64,000 nucleotides of DNA. It comes from Neodothiora populina. Its lineage: Eukaryota. Every line of letters starts with the position of its first letter. Within the stretch, counting starts at the first letter, position 1. A program made the translations under genes and the position numbers. The notes beneath the pieces were generated by a model, which was not told where the DNA came from, searched no databases, and saw only the letters and a list, made by a program, of their open reading frames with translations. Below, piece after piece: positions 12,614 through 24,354 of the stretch. Where the stretch lies: the NCBI RefSeq assembly GCF_041146345.1, contig NW_027191402.1, positions 1,054,001-1,118,000 of the forward strand, written 5' to 3'.

Positions 12614-13786
12614 TCATCCACCAGTGGGAAACTCCAAACGTCTGTGCAATCGCGACACAATTTCGACATAATCCCTCTCTTGTTCGGCCGTCAACACGCC
12701 ATGGCGGACGAAAAAGTCTATGAGGACAACGGCACAATTGGGTTTGAATTCTCCCTTTGCCAATCTTTCCTTGAGCTCGTCAATACCGAGCAGATAGAAT
12801 TGCTCCACTTCATCATCACAAGGCTTGGGTTCCACATCTGCAGGTAACTCAAGATCAAATATGAACTGGCACTCGGGCTGTAGCAATTTTGTTTCTCCTC
12901 CTGCGCGGTGATCGCGAATGTGAAAATAAGTCACCGTACCAGCAGGCTTGGCACCTTCCCTGACAAGATCCTCTGGGAGGGAGGCTTCCTCGTGAGCTTC
13001 TCTGATGACACACTCGAGAGGTTTCTCGTTTGTTGCCATGCCGCCTGCGACTGTGTTGTCGAGCATACCGCCATAGGTCTGTTTTGTTGCTGCACGACGC
13101 GGTGTCCACAGTTTCAGTTCTTTCTTGTCTTTTTCTGAAGTGACGTAGGTGTAGGCAGTCATGTGCACTCCATAACTCACGATGCCAAACAATGGACTCG
13201 CAGCTCTCTCGATTGAAAAAAGAAGCTCTTTTACGGGAGATGGTCCATAGACTGGATACAACTCATTGCGCCAGCCCTTGAGGACAGAAAAGTATTCCGT
13301 CGCTCGCATGGCAGCAGTGGTAGCAGCCACAACGGCGCTTCGCTCTTCCTCGTTTGTGCCATCACTCAGTGTAAGAGTACGTTCGTCGTCGTCTAGGGTC
13401 CACCCGGGAATGCCTCGAAGCACTTCGGCTACACTGGGCAGGACATACCCCAATGTCGTCTCAGGGTATGCCACAACGCGTAGGTGGTAGTAAGTGTTGA
13501 TGTGCTGAAGATAAAGACTCGGAGAGTCTTGGAAGTATGGGAAGCTATCGCATTCATTAATCAAGTCGAGGTTGGTCTTGGGTCTGGACTCGTCGATGGG
13601 CATCGGTGATAATACATAAGGTGCAGAAGTGGAAGGCGCAGGTTCGGCCGCGGTTTCTTTCTCTGCTGCGGCGTCGAGCTGAGCAGTTTGGTCCAAAGTT
13701 GTCTCTTGATCCATTTCTGCCTGAGGTGAGAGTTGCGGCAATGATGGAAGGAGGTCGCGTAGTTTCGAAAGCGAAAATCCTTCCAT
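12614..13786 (-). CDS. NUDIX hydrolase (thiamine pyrophosphokinase-related, YJR142W-like)
   Basis: GWRNELYPVY, ERAASPLFGIVSYGVH, Nudix box GGMATNEKPLECVIREAHEEASL, and FKPNCAVVLIDF. Confidence 0.88.
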   Translation of the reverse strand: MEGFSLSKLRDLLPSLPQLSPQAEMDQETTLDQTAQLDAAAEKETAAEPAPSTSAPYVLSPMPIDESRPKTNLDLINECDSFPYFQDSPSLYLQHINTYYHLRVVAYPETTLGYVLPSVAEVLRGIPGWTLDDDERTLTLSDGTNEEERSAVVAATTAAMRATEYFSVLKGWRNELYPVYGPSPVKELLFSIERAASPLFGIVSYGVHMTAYTYVTSEKDKKELKLWTPRRAATKQTYGGMLDNTVAGGMATNEKPLECVIREAHEEASLPEDLVREGAKPAGTVTYFHIRDHRAGGETKLLQPECQFIFDLELPADVEPKPCDDEVEQFYLLGIDELKERLAKGEFKPNCAVVLIDFFVRHGVLTAEQERDYVEIVSRLHRRLEFPTGG

Positions 13787-13974
13787 TTGTTTCAGTTGAG
13801 TAGATGTTTGTGGGTGCAAGACAAAGTTACCGTTGAGCAGAATGTTTTATGATGAACCACGAACTGGATATTAGTGGGTGACTTCTGACTTCATACAGGA
13901 CCCTGCCAAGACACACTCAAAGATGAAGACCATCAAAAGGCGAGTCGATTGTATCCATATTTATATATTCTTCA

Positions 13975-14973
13975 TCAAGCGAGCTTTCCAGGCACAAATG
14001 GATGGCCAGCACTCAGGCCTCCGCACACAGCCCAAGCTTGGCCATTCACATAACTCGCTTCGTCGCTTGCTAGGAACAAGGCAACTCTCGCAACCTCATC
14101 GGCTACTGCGCCTCTCTGCAGCGGATTAAGTTGACCGATCTTCTTCTCTGTGCCTTTCTTTCTTGCATACTCATACATGAGGCTAGTCATGCCAGTCTCA
14201 ATGACACCAGGACAGATTGAATTGCATCTGATTCCTGTACCAGACAACTGATAGGCGCATGTTTGCATGATTGATACAACTGCAGCTTTCGAGGCGGAGT
14301 AGTCTGTCCCACCCGCGTTTGAGCGCAAGCCAGCCACCGAGGCTGTGGCAACGATTGAACCCGAGGGGTAGGCCTTCTCAGGACCGGTCAACATCATGGC
14401 TTTTGAAGCGTGTTTGGCTGCAATAAAAACCCTGTTGCCTGTCAGTCTAAGCCTCGATTTTCGATCAGCAGATACCTACGACAAAGCATTCGTCTTCATG
14501 ACCTGCATGAACATATCCCCCGTACTATCCTCATCGAAGAATCTCGAGTAACCGCCCACTATACCGGCGTTTGCAAAGAAGACATCTAATCGTCCGTATT
14601 TTGACACAGCCTCGTCGACTACGGCTTTGACCTGGTCTTCGTTGCTTGCATCGAGTTGCCGCGCGTGAACCTCGCAAGTCGGGTAAAGTGAGTTAATCTC
14701 TCTAACATGTGTCTCCAGATTCTCTTTCGCAAAGTCACATATATAAATCGCCTTGCATCCATTCGCGGCGTATTGATGCGCCGAAGCTCTACCAATTCCC
14801 AGCGCAGAATTACATCCTGTGATTATCGCTACTTTGTTCGATAGACGCTGTCCTGTGCTATCTCCAGCGATCTTGGGGATTCGTGGTATGTTCTCAAACT
14901 TTCCAGGATCAGCACGAGGGACAGAGAGTTGCTCGCTCAGCTGTTGGAGTCGTTTCGCAGGTGCGCCAGACAT
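13975..14973 (-). CDS. Short-chain dehydrogenase/reductase; intron 14432-14479
   Basis: TGCNSALGIG cofactor motif, FANAG, catalytic YSASK and ICPGVIETGM. Confidence 0.9.
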
Positions 14974-15548
14974 TTTTATCCACGTTATAAACTGAAGAAG
15001 TCGGCAGGATATAAAAGTGAACAAGTTACCAAGGTCATTGATGATAAGCAAGCGAGGCAGGGTATCATTGTTGGACCTCGGCATCTCCAGGTGTGGGGTC
15101 TCCGCATTCGTTCGTAACAACATCGAGGTCCATGCACAGAACTCCTGCGAACTCTTCGATCTACTCTGTATGAGCCATAACGCATCATTGAACTCAAGAT
15201 AAGATTATGAATGAGACCATTTTATGATCGTGTCTGTCTGGGTAATTGACATATCATCGCCTGATTTTGCTGTCAATCGATGTTGACATGCATACTGCTC
15301 CGCATGCAGATCCACATAGCGGCCTTAGCCCCCCTCCTTAGCCCGCATATAATTTGCCTTTTTGATCATGAATTATTCCGGTCGTCACCTGGATACTCAT
15401 AGAAATTGGTAGGTAGACTCGCTTAGGCGAGCACGTCGTCATGCAATGTATGATAGTTCGATTCGCCCAGAGAAACCGGGTAAAAGAGATTGTACAGCAG
15501 TCTATATAAGTATTATTTCTTGCCATGACCCCCAATCTGTAAACAAAA

Positions 15549-18500
15549 ATGAAGGCTCTTGCTGGTCTTTTGCTTGCGTCGCAGCTGTTATTGCCCTTCG
15601 TGTACGGTTCAGAGAAGCAATGGCCATTGAAGAACGATGGAGAAACCGACCTGGTTCAATGGGATCATTACAGTATGACCATCGACGGTGAACGTCTGTT
15701 CGTCTGGTCTGGCGAAATGCATTATTGGCGAATCCCTGTACCTGAGCTCTGGGTTGATATATTGCAGAAAATCAAAGCTGCTGGGTATGCTCTTCAAATA
15801 TAATAGTTATGACACCTGCTGAGGCCTGTTATAGCTTCAATACCGTGAGCTTTTACTCTCATTGGGGTCAGTAATCTGTTTCTTGTGCTTCCTTTCTGCC
15901 GACTGACACCGTCAGGTTTCCACTCGGCAAGCAACGGAACTCTGGACTTCGAGACTGGCGCTCACAACATTACGAGTCTGTTCGAAATATGTCACGATAT
16001 AGGACTTTATATCTTGTTCCGTCCTGGACCCTATATCAATGCTGAAACCACTGCTGGAGGCTTTCCACCTTGGGTCACTACAGGCGAATATGGTACCTTG
16101 CGTAACGACGATTCTCGATACACTGCAGCATGGACCCCATACTTTGAGGCTGTCTCAAAAATTGTAGCCGAGCACCAAATCACCAAGGGGGGCAATGTGG
16201 CATTCTATCAGATTGAGAACGAATACGGACAGCAATGGACCAATATCTCTGCTCGGACTCCAAATGAGACTGCAATAGCCTACATGGAGCTCCTCGAGGC
16301 TTCGGCTAATAGCAGCGGTATCGAAGTCCCCACCTTGCACAACAACCCCAACCTGAACACTCGATCTTGGTCGACGGACTATGATGTGGACAATGTCGGT
16401 GGAGATACATGGCTGTATGGTCTCGATCACTATCCGTCCTGCTGGAGTTGTGATCTATCCGAGTGTACAGGCACCAACGGAGTTGTTCCTGACTTCACCT
16501 TGTTCGACTACTACACCAACTTCCAAACTACTGCACCCACGATGCCTAGTTTCTTAGTTGAGTTCCAGGGTGGTGCCTACAACCCTTGGACAGGACCAGT
16601 AGGTGGCTGTACCAGTAACACCGGTCCGGACTGGGTGAATGTCTTCTATCGTCACAACATCGGACAAAAGGTCACTGCCCAAAACATCTACATGATATTT
16701 GGTGGAACGAATTGGGGAGGCCTCGCGTTTCCAACCGTCGGCACGAGCTATGATTACTCTGCTCCAATTGCAGAGAACCGTCTGCTAGGGGACAAGTACT
16801 CGGAAACGAAGCTGATGAGTTACTTCATTCGTGCGGCCAAGGATCTAAACATGGTCGAAAGGGGAGCGAACGGCACGAACCTGACCACGAATGCGGACGT
16901 CTTTACGCAAGTCTTGTATAATGTCGAGAAAGACACGAGGTTCTACCAGACTGTGCACGCCAACAGCACATTGCAGACCGTTGTTTCATTCAAGCAGAAG
17001 ATGACTACTTCGGTTGGACCTTTGCTAGTGCCCCAGTATGCGCCTGATATTGTGTTGAACGGCAGACAGTCTAAGATCTTAGTTTCGGACTTCGCTGCTG
17101 GGTCGCAAAATATCATCTACTCGACTGCAGAGGTACTGACTGTCTCTATCATTGATTTCAAAACTGTCATTGTCCTTTGGGTACCTACTGGCGAGAGCGG
17201 AGAGTTTTACCTCGAAGGGATCAACCACGGGTCTGTGACTGAATGCAAAGGCTGCTCGAACACTGGCTTTTACCCTGCCGACAAAGGCATTATCACCAAG
17301 TTCACTCAAGCAGAAGGCATGACCGTTTTCGAGTACGAAAATGGTATGACTGTCCTCGTATTGGATAGAAGCTTTGCCTACAAGATGTGGCAGCCTGTAT
17401 TGACAAACGATCCTCATGTTCCACTTGACAAGACCATCTTGGTGTTGGGACCTTATCTTGTCAGGACGGCGTCAACCTCGAATGACACATTGGCCATTAC
17501 GGGTGACTACAATGGCACAACAACAATCGAGATCTTTGCACCCTCGGTCAAACAGGTGACTTTTAACGGGGAGATTGTGATAGTCAAGCCGACCGATCAC
17601 AACAGTATCATAGGCACTCTATCCTCTTCTGATGTCACGGTAGCTAGCTTACAGGCCAGTCTTCCAGCACTAACTGCATGGAAAGTCAAGGACAGTCTGC
17701 CAGAAAGATTCGCCGAGTACAACGACTCTGGTGCAGCTTGGGTCAATGCAGACCACAACACTACCCTCCACCCGGTCCCGCCAGCGACTTATCCTGTGCT
17801 GTTCGCGGACGAGTATGGATTTCACACCGGACCACTTCTCTGGCGTGGACGATTTGCCGGGAATGCATCAGGCGTGTTCTTGAATATCATTGGCGGTAAA
17901 GGCAGTGGGTGGTCAGCGTGGCTCAATGGAGTCTTCCTCGGTTCTTCGTATGGCAACACAACACTCTCACAGTCGAATCAGACGCTCGAATTTCCGGTCA
18001 ATTCGACAGCTAAAGAAAATGTGCTGTTCATTATCCAAGACCATATGGGCAAAGACGAGACGGCAGGAGCGCTTGACCCTCGTGGTATTTTGAATGCCAC
18101 TCTCTTGGGCGCCTCACATTTCACGTCATGGAAACTCGCTGGCAAAGCAGGCGGTCAAGCTAACATTGACCCCATCCGCGGACCACTAGCTGAAGGTGGC
18201 CTGACAGCTGAGCGTCTAGGTTGGCACTTGCCCGGTTTCGACGACAGCAATTGGAAGAGCAGCAGCTCGATCCAATTGTCGGGACCTGGCGTGAAATTCT
18301 ACAGGACCATGGTTCCTCTCGATATGCCTTCAGGTCACGACATCTCTCTCGCTTTTGAGCTAAGTCCGCCCACTCGCTCCAAGATACGAGTGCAACTGTA
18401 CGTCAATGGATACCAATTCGGCAAATCCGTTCCGTACATTGGTAATCAGATTGAATTCCCCGTTTTCCCTGGTATATTGGATTATCTCGGTAATAACACT

Positions 18501-18653
18501 ATTGGGTTGAGCATCTGGACACAAGACAACAGTGGTGGAGAAGTGGGCATTGAGATGAAAGTTCTGGGCATCTACAAGTCTGGGTTTGATGTCGGGTTTG
18601 ACGGGGCATATCTAAGGCCAGGATGGACGGTCGATAGGTCAAAGTATGTTTGA
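15549..18653 (+). CDS. Secreted beta-galactosidase, glycoside hydrolase family 35; introns 15785-15834 and 15867-15915 (32-nt exon 2)
   Basis: Signal peptide, [25 protein letters not shown] (acid/base), EFQGG (nucleophile), GGTNWG and TSYDYSAP. Confidence 0.94.
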
Positions 18654-18947
18654 TTGACATGGAAGTATTGTGTACCAAAAGACCAATTCACCAATGAAAA
18701 TTGCCGATACCGCGAGTGACGTCTTCATCTGTACCAGCGACCGGAGATTGGCCGGAGCTTGAATTACCCCCGGACTTCCTTGGCTCTTTTGGGTATGGAG
18801 CAAGAGATGAAGCACGTAATTGAGTCACAAGGTGAGGACATACAACCTCTGTATCTATTTTCCCTTCATATCAACAAATTATCGCCCTATCCATAGTGGT
18901 AGAGGATACGGGGTTGTGTGTGCGGGAGAGCAAAGATAACAACACAA

Positions 18948-20839
18948 ATGCCGTCTAGACCAGCAAGCAGCGGTCACAAAAATGGCAGGAACGGAAATGG
19001 AAACGGCAATGCAACACCGACAATAGATAAACTGGACTATCATCCAGGTAGACCTCTATTGCGCACGCCGGCGGATGATGAAGCGGACTCGACTAGTAGA
19101 GCCAGCGGAGAACATAGCTATGCAGGCAGTTTCTTCGAACAAGTCGCCGAAGGCATACTCGAACGGGACAGAAAGAGGATACGGAGAGATGGAGTCAGAT
19201 ATATCGGGTTCATATGGGCTTTGATAAATTGGTATGACTATATCCATTATTGTATCATTATGGCAACTCATCTCTATACAGTCTTTGCGCCGGCTCGATC
19301 AGTTGTTATTCGGTATACGCTCCTCTGTTCCAGCGACGACTACATTACACCCAACTCAGCGTCAACACGATATCCATCACTGCCGAATTGGCCATGTATC
19401 TACCTGTTCCTATTTTTGGCTATCTCTGTGACCGCTACGGACCAGGTGTGCCTTCTTTGCTATCTGGGTCTCTATTTGGCATTGGCTACTTTTTGGCTGC
19501 ATTCACTTACAAGAGCGGACCTCCCGAGGCCCACGGCTGGCCCTTTGGGTTCATGGTACTTGCATATGTTTGTATCGGAATGGGTACGAGTTGCATGTAT
19601 CTGAGCGCCGTCACCACTTGTGCGAAAAACTTTGGCCGCGGAAAACACAAGGGTTTGGCTCTGGCATTGCCCATTGCTGCTTTCGGACTCAGTGGCATGT
19701 GGATCAGTCAGGTTGGCAGTCGTTTATTGTATGAAACGCGCCATGATGGATCTCGTGGAGAAGTCGATGTTTTTCGCTTCTTCATTTTCCTCGGATGCAC
19801 ATTACTCGCTGCGGGAATCATCGGCACTTTTACGTTACAGATTGTCGACGAAGACGAGATGATTGACGAGGCCGTGGAGGAGCTGGAACAAAGTGGACTA
19901 CTCGAAGACAGTGCCTTTTATCGCTCCGAATCTCACGGGAGCGGATATGGCGCTATCGAAGATGGCGATTCTGAAGATGAAGAGTCTCGCAAGGCACGAG
20001 TCGAGGAAGAGCAGCGTAAGAAGACGTGGCTATTGAATGAAGAGACTCGTCTTTTCTTATCCGACCGCAACATGTGGCTGCTGGCCGCAGGTTTCTTCCT
20101 GGTCACCGGGCCTGGAGAGGCCTTTATCAACAATCTGGGGACGGTCATCGGCACTCTCTATCCTCCGGATATGCCTATTGACAAAATCCCTACCTCGGCT
20201 GCCACACATGTCTCGATCGTTGCTTTTATGAGCACCGTCGCTCGTATCCTTACAGGAACACTGTCCGACGTATTCGCGCCTACGGTGGTCAAACATCAAC
20301 ATCGTCGCGGTCCAAATTCTCTTGTCTCATCAATGGCATCCCTGCCTGGCGCTGACGAGCCCGAGCCTGGCAAGAAACGCATCGAGATTAGTCGTATCTT
20401 ATTTTTGATCATTTTTTCGTTGATCATGTCAGTCGGGCAATTGGTTCTCGCAAGCGGTGCAATTCAAGGTCATGGCGAGCGTTTCTGGATCGTTTCTGGT
20501 ACCATTGGCGCAGGTTATGGAGCAGTCTTTTCACTTTGTCCCATCATCGTTTCTGTCGTATGGGGGGTAGAGAACTTCGGCACCAATTGGGCTTGCGTAG
20601 CGACTGTACCTGCAGTTGGCGCAACACTATGGGGGTTGTTGTACTCCGCCGTCTACCAAAAAGCGACCACTCCTGCCGGCGAAGGCACCCCGTCTGCGGC
20701 AGAAAACTTATGTTATGGGTCGCAATGCTATGCGCCGACTTTTCGGGCCATGGCCGTCAGTGTGTGGGTGGCCGCTTTGCTGTGGGTCTGGGCGTGGAAA
20801 GGTCCGGGAGGTTTCAACAGGCGAGGCACTGTTGTATGA
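18948..20839 (+). CDS. MCH1: MFS transporter of the MCH1 family; intron 19232-19281
   Basis: CLCAGS, FGYLCDRYGP, SAVTTCAKNF, TGPGEAFINN and WGVENFGTNW, with many TM segments. Confidence 0.85.
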
Positions 20840-21354
20840 ACAGAGCAACCTTGTAAATACATTGACATATTGTTTCCTCGCGTTCAATTTCCTCATTTTA
20901 ATGTGATGATCCTTTCCGTATGGAGATATCGCGATAGGCTTAGACCACCATGTTCGGACTTGGAGCGGAGAAATCCACTTGTCTTCAAGTGAAAAAGGTT
21001 ATTCGGCCATTTCATTGATGATGCGAACGTCATTATCACCCAAATTTCATATTGTGATTTATCACCATATACCTTCATACAAGCACTGAAACATGATTCT
21101 CTTTGGTATACCCTCTCCTTTACCGGCAATCTCCATCTTTGCATCTGAGAAGTGAGATCATCGGTCCACATGGTCCACATGACGGCCTTATCCATACTTC
21201 TCTCCGCTGCTAACCCGCACTCCATACCATGAACATCTCGTGTCAAGCCAAGACTGTCGCTTGATTGGCATCTCATCGTAGGTCTGATCGTCGTACAATC
21301 ATACGTATATATAGTTTGTTCAGTAGGTAAGTTTTCTACTACAATGCCCCAAAA

Positions 21355-23556
21355 ATGCCTTCCATTCTTGCTTTGGGAAGTGCTCTTTCTATAGTGCCTC
21401 TGGCCGCGGCCATTCCACATAGCACACCAAGCACAGTAAATCACACTCTTCCCAACTTCAACTCTCCGCCGCCATTGAACCTTTCACTTCTGGCCAACGG
21501 GTCGTTGTACTACCAATGGCGTCCGAAGGCGAGATTCAATCACCCATCTGATCACCTTGGAGACCCGACGGCACTCTGGCAAGACGACAATGGAACTTTT
21601 AGAATCAGTGCTCTACTCAGTAACTTTCGCACGCCGAATGTATCGCTGACATCTGGCATTGCTGGCGCCACCACTGACGATTTCTTGACTTTCACCGACT
21701 ACCACAACTACAGCAACAATGTTGAGATTGGTCCAGGCAATAAAAACGACATGATGGCCGTCTTCGATGGTTCTGTCATCCCCAAAGGTTACAAAGGTCT
21801 TCCGACTCTGATCTTTACTGGTGCAAACTACGCGCCCATTACATGGAGTAAATTTTACATCAAGGGAGCCGAGAGACAAAATTTAGCATATTCCGAGGAT
21901 GATGGAGCTACCTGGATCCTGCCGGATATAGATCCGGTCATCCCTGAAGCTCCTAATGGAAACAATGTGACTGGCTTCCGTGACGCCTGGGTCTTCCAGT
22001 ATCCTCAGATTGCTTCTTTACTTGGTGACGTCCCAGAGACTTGGTATCTGACTGTTTCTGGTGGTATCCACGGAGTTGGTCCTCGTGTCTTTCTCTACAG
22101 ATGCAACAGCGAAGACTTTTTGGACTGGGAATTCTTGGGCGTCGATCTTGAGAAGCCGGTCAACACTACGACTAGTTTAGGTGGATTCTCTGGAGGTGAC
22201 GGGTCGAATTATGAATGTGCCAACACTATTGCTCTGGATCACCATGGCGAAAACCTCACTCATGGTATCTCGTTTATGACCGTGGGTGCAGAGTCGGGCA
22301 GAGACAATCACAGCTCTCACTGGTCAATGTGGAAGGTTGGTGAATTTGCCAAGAACAATGAAAGTGGTGTCACCTTCCAGGATCATGCGACTGGCATCGT
22401 GGACTGGGGCGTCGGATATGCTTGCTCTACTGTTCCTGACGAAAAGACCGATAGACGTCTTATGTTGTGCTGGACGAACGAAGACTTCAACACAACCAAT
22501 GAGCCCGATTTTCAAATTGGCCAAGCTGGCGCACTCACTTTACCTCGCGAGCTTTTTGTCAAAGAGATTGAGAATGTTGTCGCTGATGGAAATGCCGCCG
22601 AGCCTGGGTCATGGGCGGTCATCACTGAAGGTCTGAAGACTGTCAACGCCGCAGAGGGCGTCCGCAAGGCCCAAAGCAGTGGCAACAAGACGGTCAACCT
22701 TGCAGCACTGGGAGTTCGTCCTGCGAAGGAAGTGTTGAAATACAGAGATCACGCAGAGCATATCTGGAACCAACAAGACACCGGACTCTCGCCCACCGCA
22801 CTCAACGGTACTGGTGCGCACATCTCTAACAATGGAAACGTCACCAATGCATTCATCCCCTTCTGGCAGAGCCCTCAAAGCCGTCACTGGGAACTTCAAG
22901 CAACTGTCGAGATCCCGTCACAGGCTCTGCGCAACGGAGACTACAGCGACTTCGCCGCCGGATTCACTCTTCTTCGCAATAATGTCGCACAACCCGCTGA
23001 CTGGCCGACGGAGAACGCAACGATCTATTACAGGCCATCCAACGAATCATTCTTCGTCACTCGCGACGTCGCCCTCAACAGTGATTTCGTGAATCCTCAA
23101 CCCGAAATTGGCAAGCTACGTCTATTCGAAATCAACGACAACAACTCCACCTCTTACGAAAAACTCCATATCCGCGCCTTTTTGGACGGCAGTCTGTTCG
23201 AAGTCTACGTCAACGATCTCTTGACCATCTCCACGCGCATTTACTACTGGTACGAAGACAGCACGGACATGGGCTTCTATCTTCAATGGCCCAGTTCATG
23301 GTCTTCGGACAACACTCCTGAAAGTACAACTGTGACCTTCTCGAACATTACAGTCTGGGAAGGTCTACCCAATGTGTTTCCCTACAGGCCTTCGTCGACG
23401 GAGCTGTTGATCCAGAACAGGACGGGATTTGTGGAACCTGTGCCGAATTTTAATGCGGATACTATGGTCTATGATGGCGTGGGCCCGCCGCCGCTGCCTG
23501 ATGCGGAGAATATTCCTGCTGGGCTCAGTGATGAGCAAATTGCCAGTATTGATTAG
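21355..23556 (+). CDS. Secreted GH32 beta-fructofuranosidase / fructosyltransferase-like enzyme, intronless
   Basis: Signal peptide, WRPKARF..HLGDP (nucleophile Asp), VFDGSVIP, GFRDA, NYEC (acid/base), GALTLPREL and C-terminal FLDGSLFEVYVN..STRIY. Confidence 0.9.
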   Translation: MPSILALGSALSIVPLAAAIPHSTPSTVNHTLPNFNSPPPLNLSLLANGSLYYQWRPKARFNHPSDHLGDPTALWQDDNGTFRISALLSNFRTPNVSLTSGIAGATTDDFLTFTDYHNYSNNVEIGPGNKNDMMAVFDGSVIPKGYKGLPTLIFTGANYAPITWSKFYIKGAERQNLAYSEDDGATWILPDIDPVIPEAPNGNNVTGFRDAWVFQYPQIASLLGDVPETWYLTVSGGIHGVGPRVFLYRCNSEDFLDWEFLGVDLEKPVNTTTSLGGFSGGDGSNYECANTIALDHHGENLTHGISFMTVGAESGRDNHSSHWSMWKVGEFAKNNESGVTFQDHATGIVDWGVGYACSTVPDEKTDRRLMLCWTNEDFNTTNEPDFQIGQAGALTLPRELFVKEIENVVADGNAAEPGSWAVITEGLKTVNAAEGVRKAQSSGNKTVNLAALGVRPAKEVLKYRDHAEHIWNQQDTGLSPTALNGTGAHISNNGNVTNAFIPFWQSPQSRHWELQATVEIPSQALRNGDYSDFAAGFTLLRNNVAQPADWPTENATIYYRPSNESFFVTRDVALNSDFVNPQPEIGKLRLFEINDNNSTSYEKLHIRAFLDGSLFEVYVNDLLTISTRIYYWYEDSTDMGFYLQWPSSWSSDNTPESTTVTFSNITVWEGLPNVFPYRPSSTELLIQNRTGFVEPVPNFNADTMVYDGVGPPPLPDAENIPAGLSDEQIASID

Positions 23557-24354
23557 ATGAATAAGATGAATGTTCTTCTCGTCATCGTGTAGATCATGGG
23601 TTAGTCACAAATACTCATGCAATGTATAGTTACAGTATCATCAACGGCTTTCTCAATGATTAACCAAAACAAGTCCCATATGCTGAGACGGGATAGACGA
23701 AGAAAATAAGCGACATACAGCTGAGCTATAGTGACAGTAGTAGTATTGTGGATACAAGGCATCAAAACTCATGCCCAGCCACAAGCGGATGGCGTAATCG
23801 ACCGATTACTTCGCGTGATGCCTGCCGTGCACTGCGGGGTGTGTTTGTACTTGTACAGTTCTGTAGAGCAGTGGTGCGGGATCGTGCTCATTCTTCGTTG
23901 AACACTTAGTCTTCAAAGTTTTGTAAAGTACTTGCACCACAGCCTAGCGCAGATATATAGACATGGATACGCCCGTCGACGCTTTCTACCTTTCTGCCTG
24001 TGTGATTAGGTGGTTAGACAGCGAACATCTCGGAGATACACTCGTCATACCACAATAGCCTTTTCGTGGGGGTCCTACTTCTTTTCTTAATTCCGGGTCA
24101 TACCCAACTCAACGGATTTAAGGGACGAGCAAGCAGGAAAGGTTTCTCTACCACCTTATCAGTATGATTTTTTATCCTCTCGGATATCTTGTCTACGACT
24201 AAGTTACTGCTTCACTTGCGGTCTCAGTATCAGACCGGCTCTTCTGCCCGAAAAAAATCTCTTCGAGACTGGTTGAAACTTCAGGATCTGGTGAATTAGA
24301 CATCTGGACTGGCGAAACACAGCTTTTCGCCATATACAATAGCACAGCACAAGC

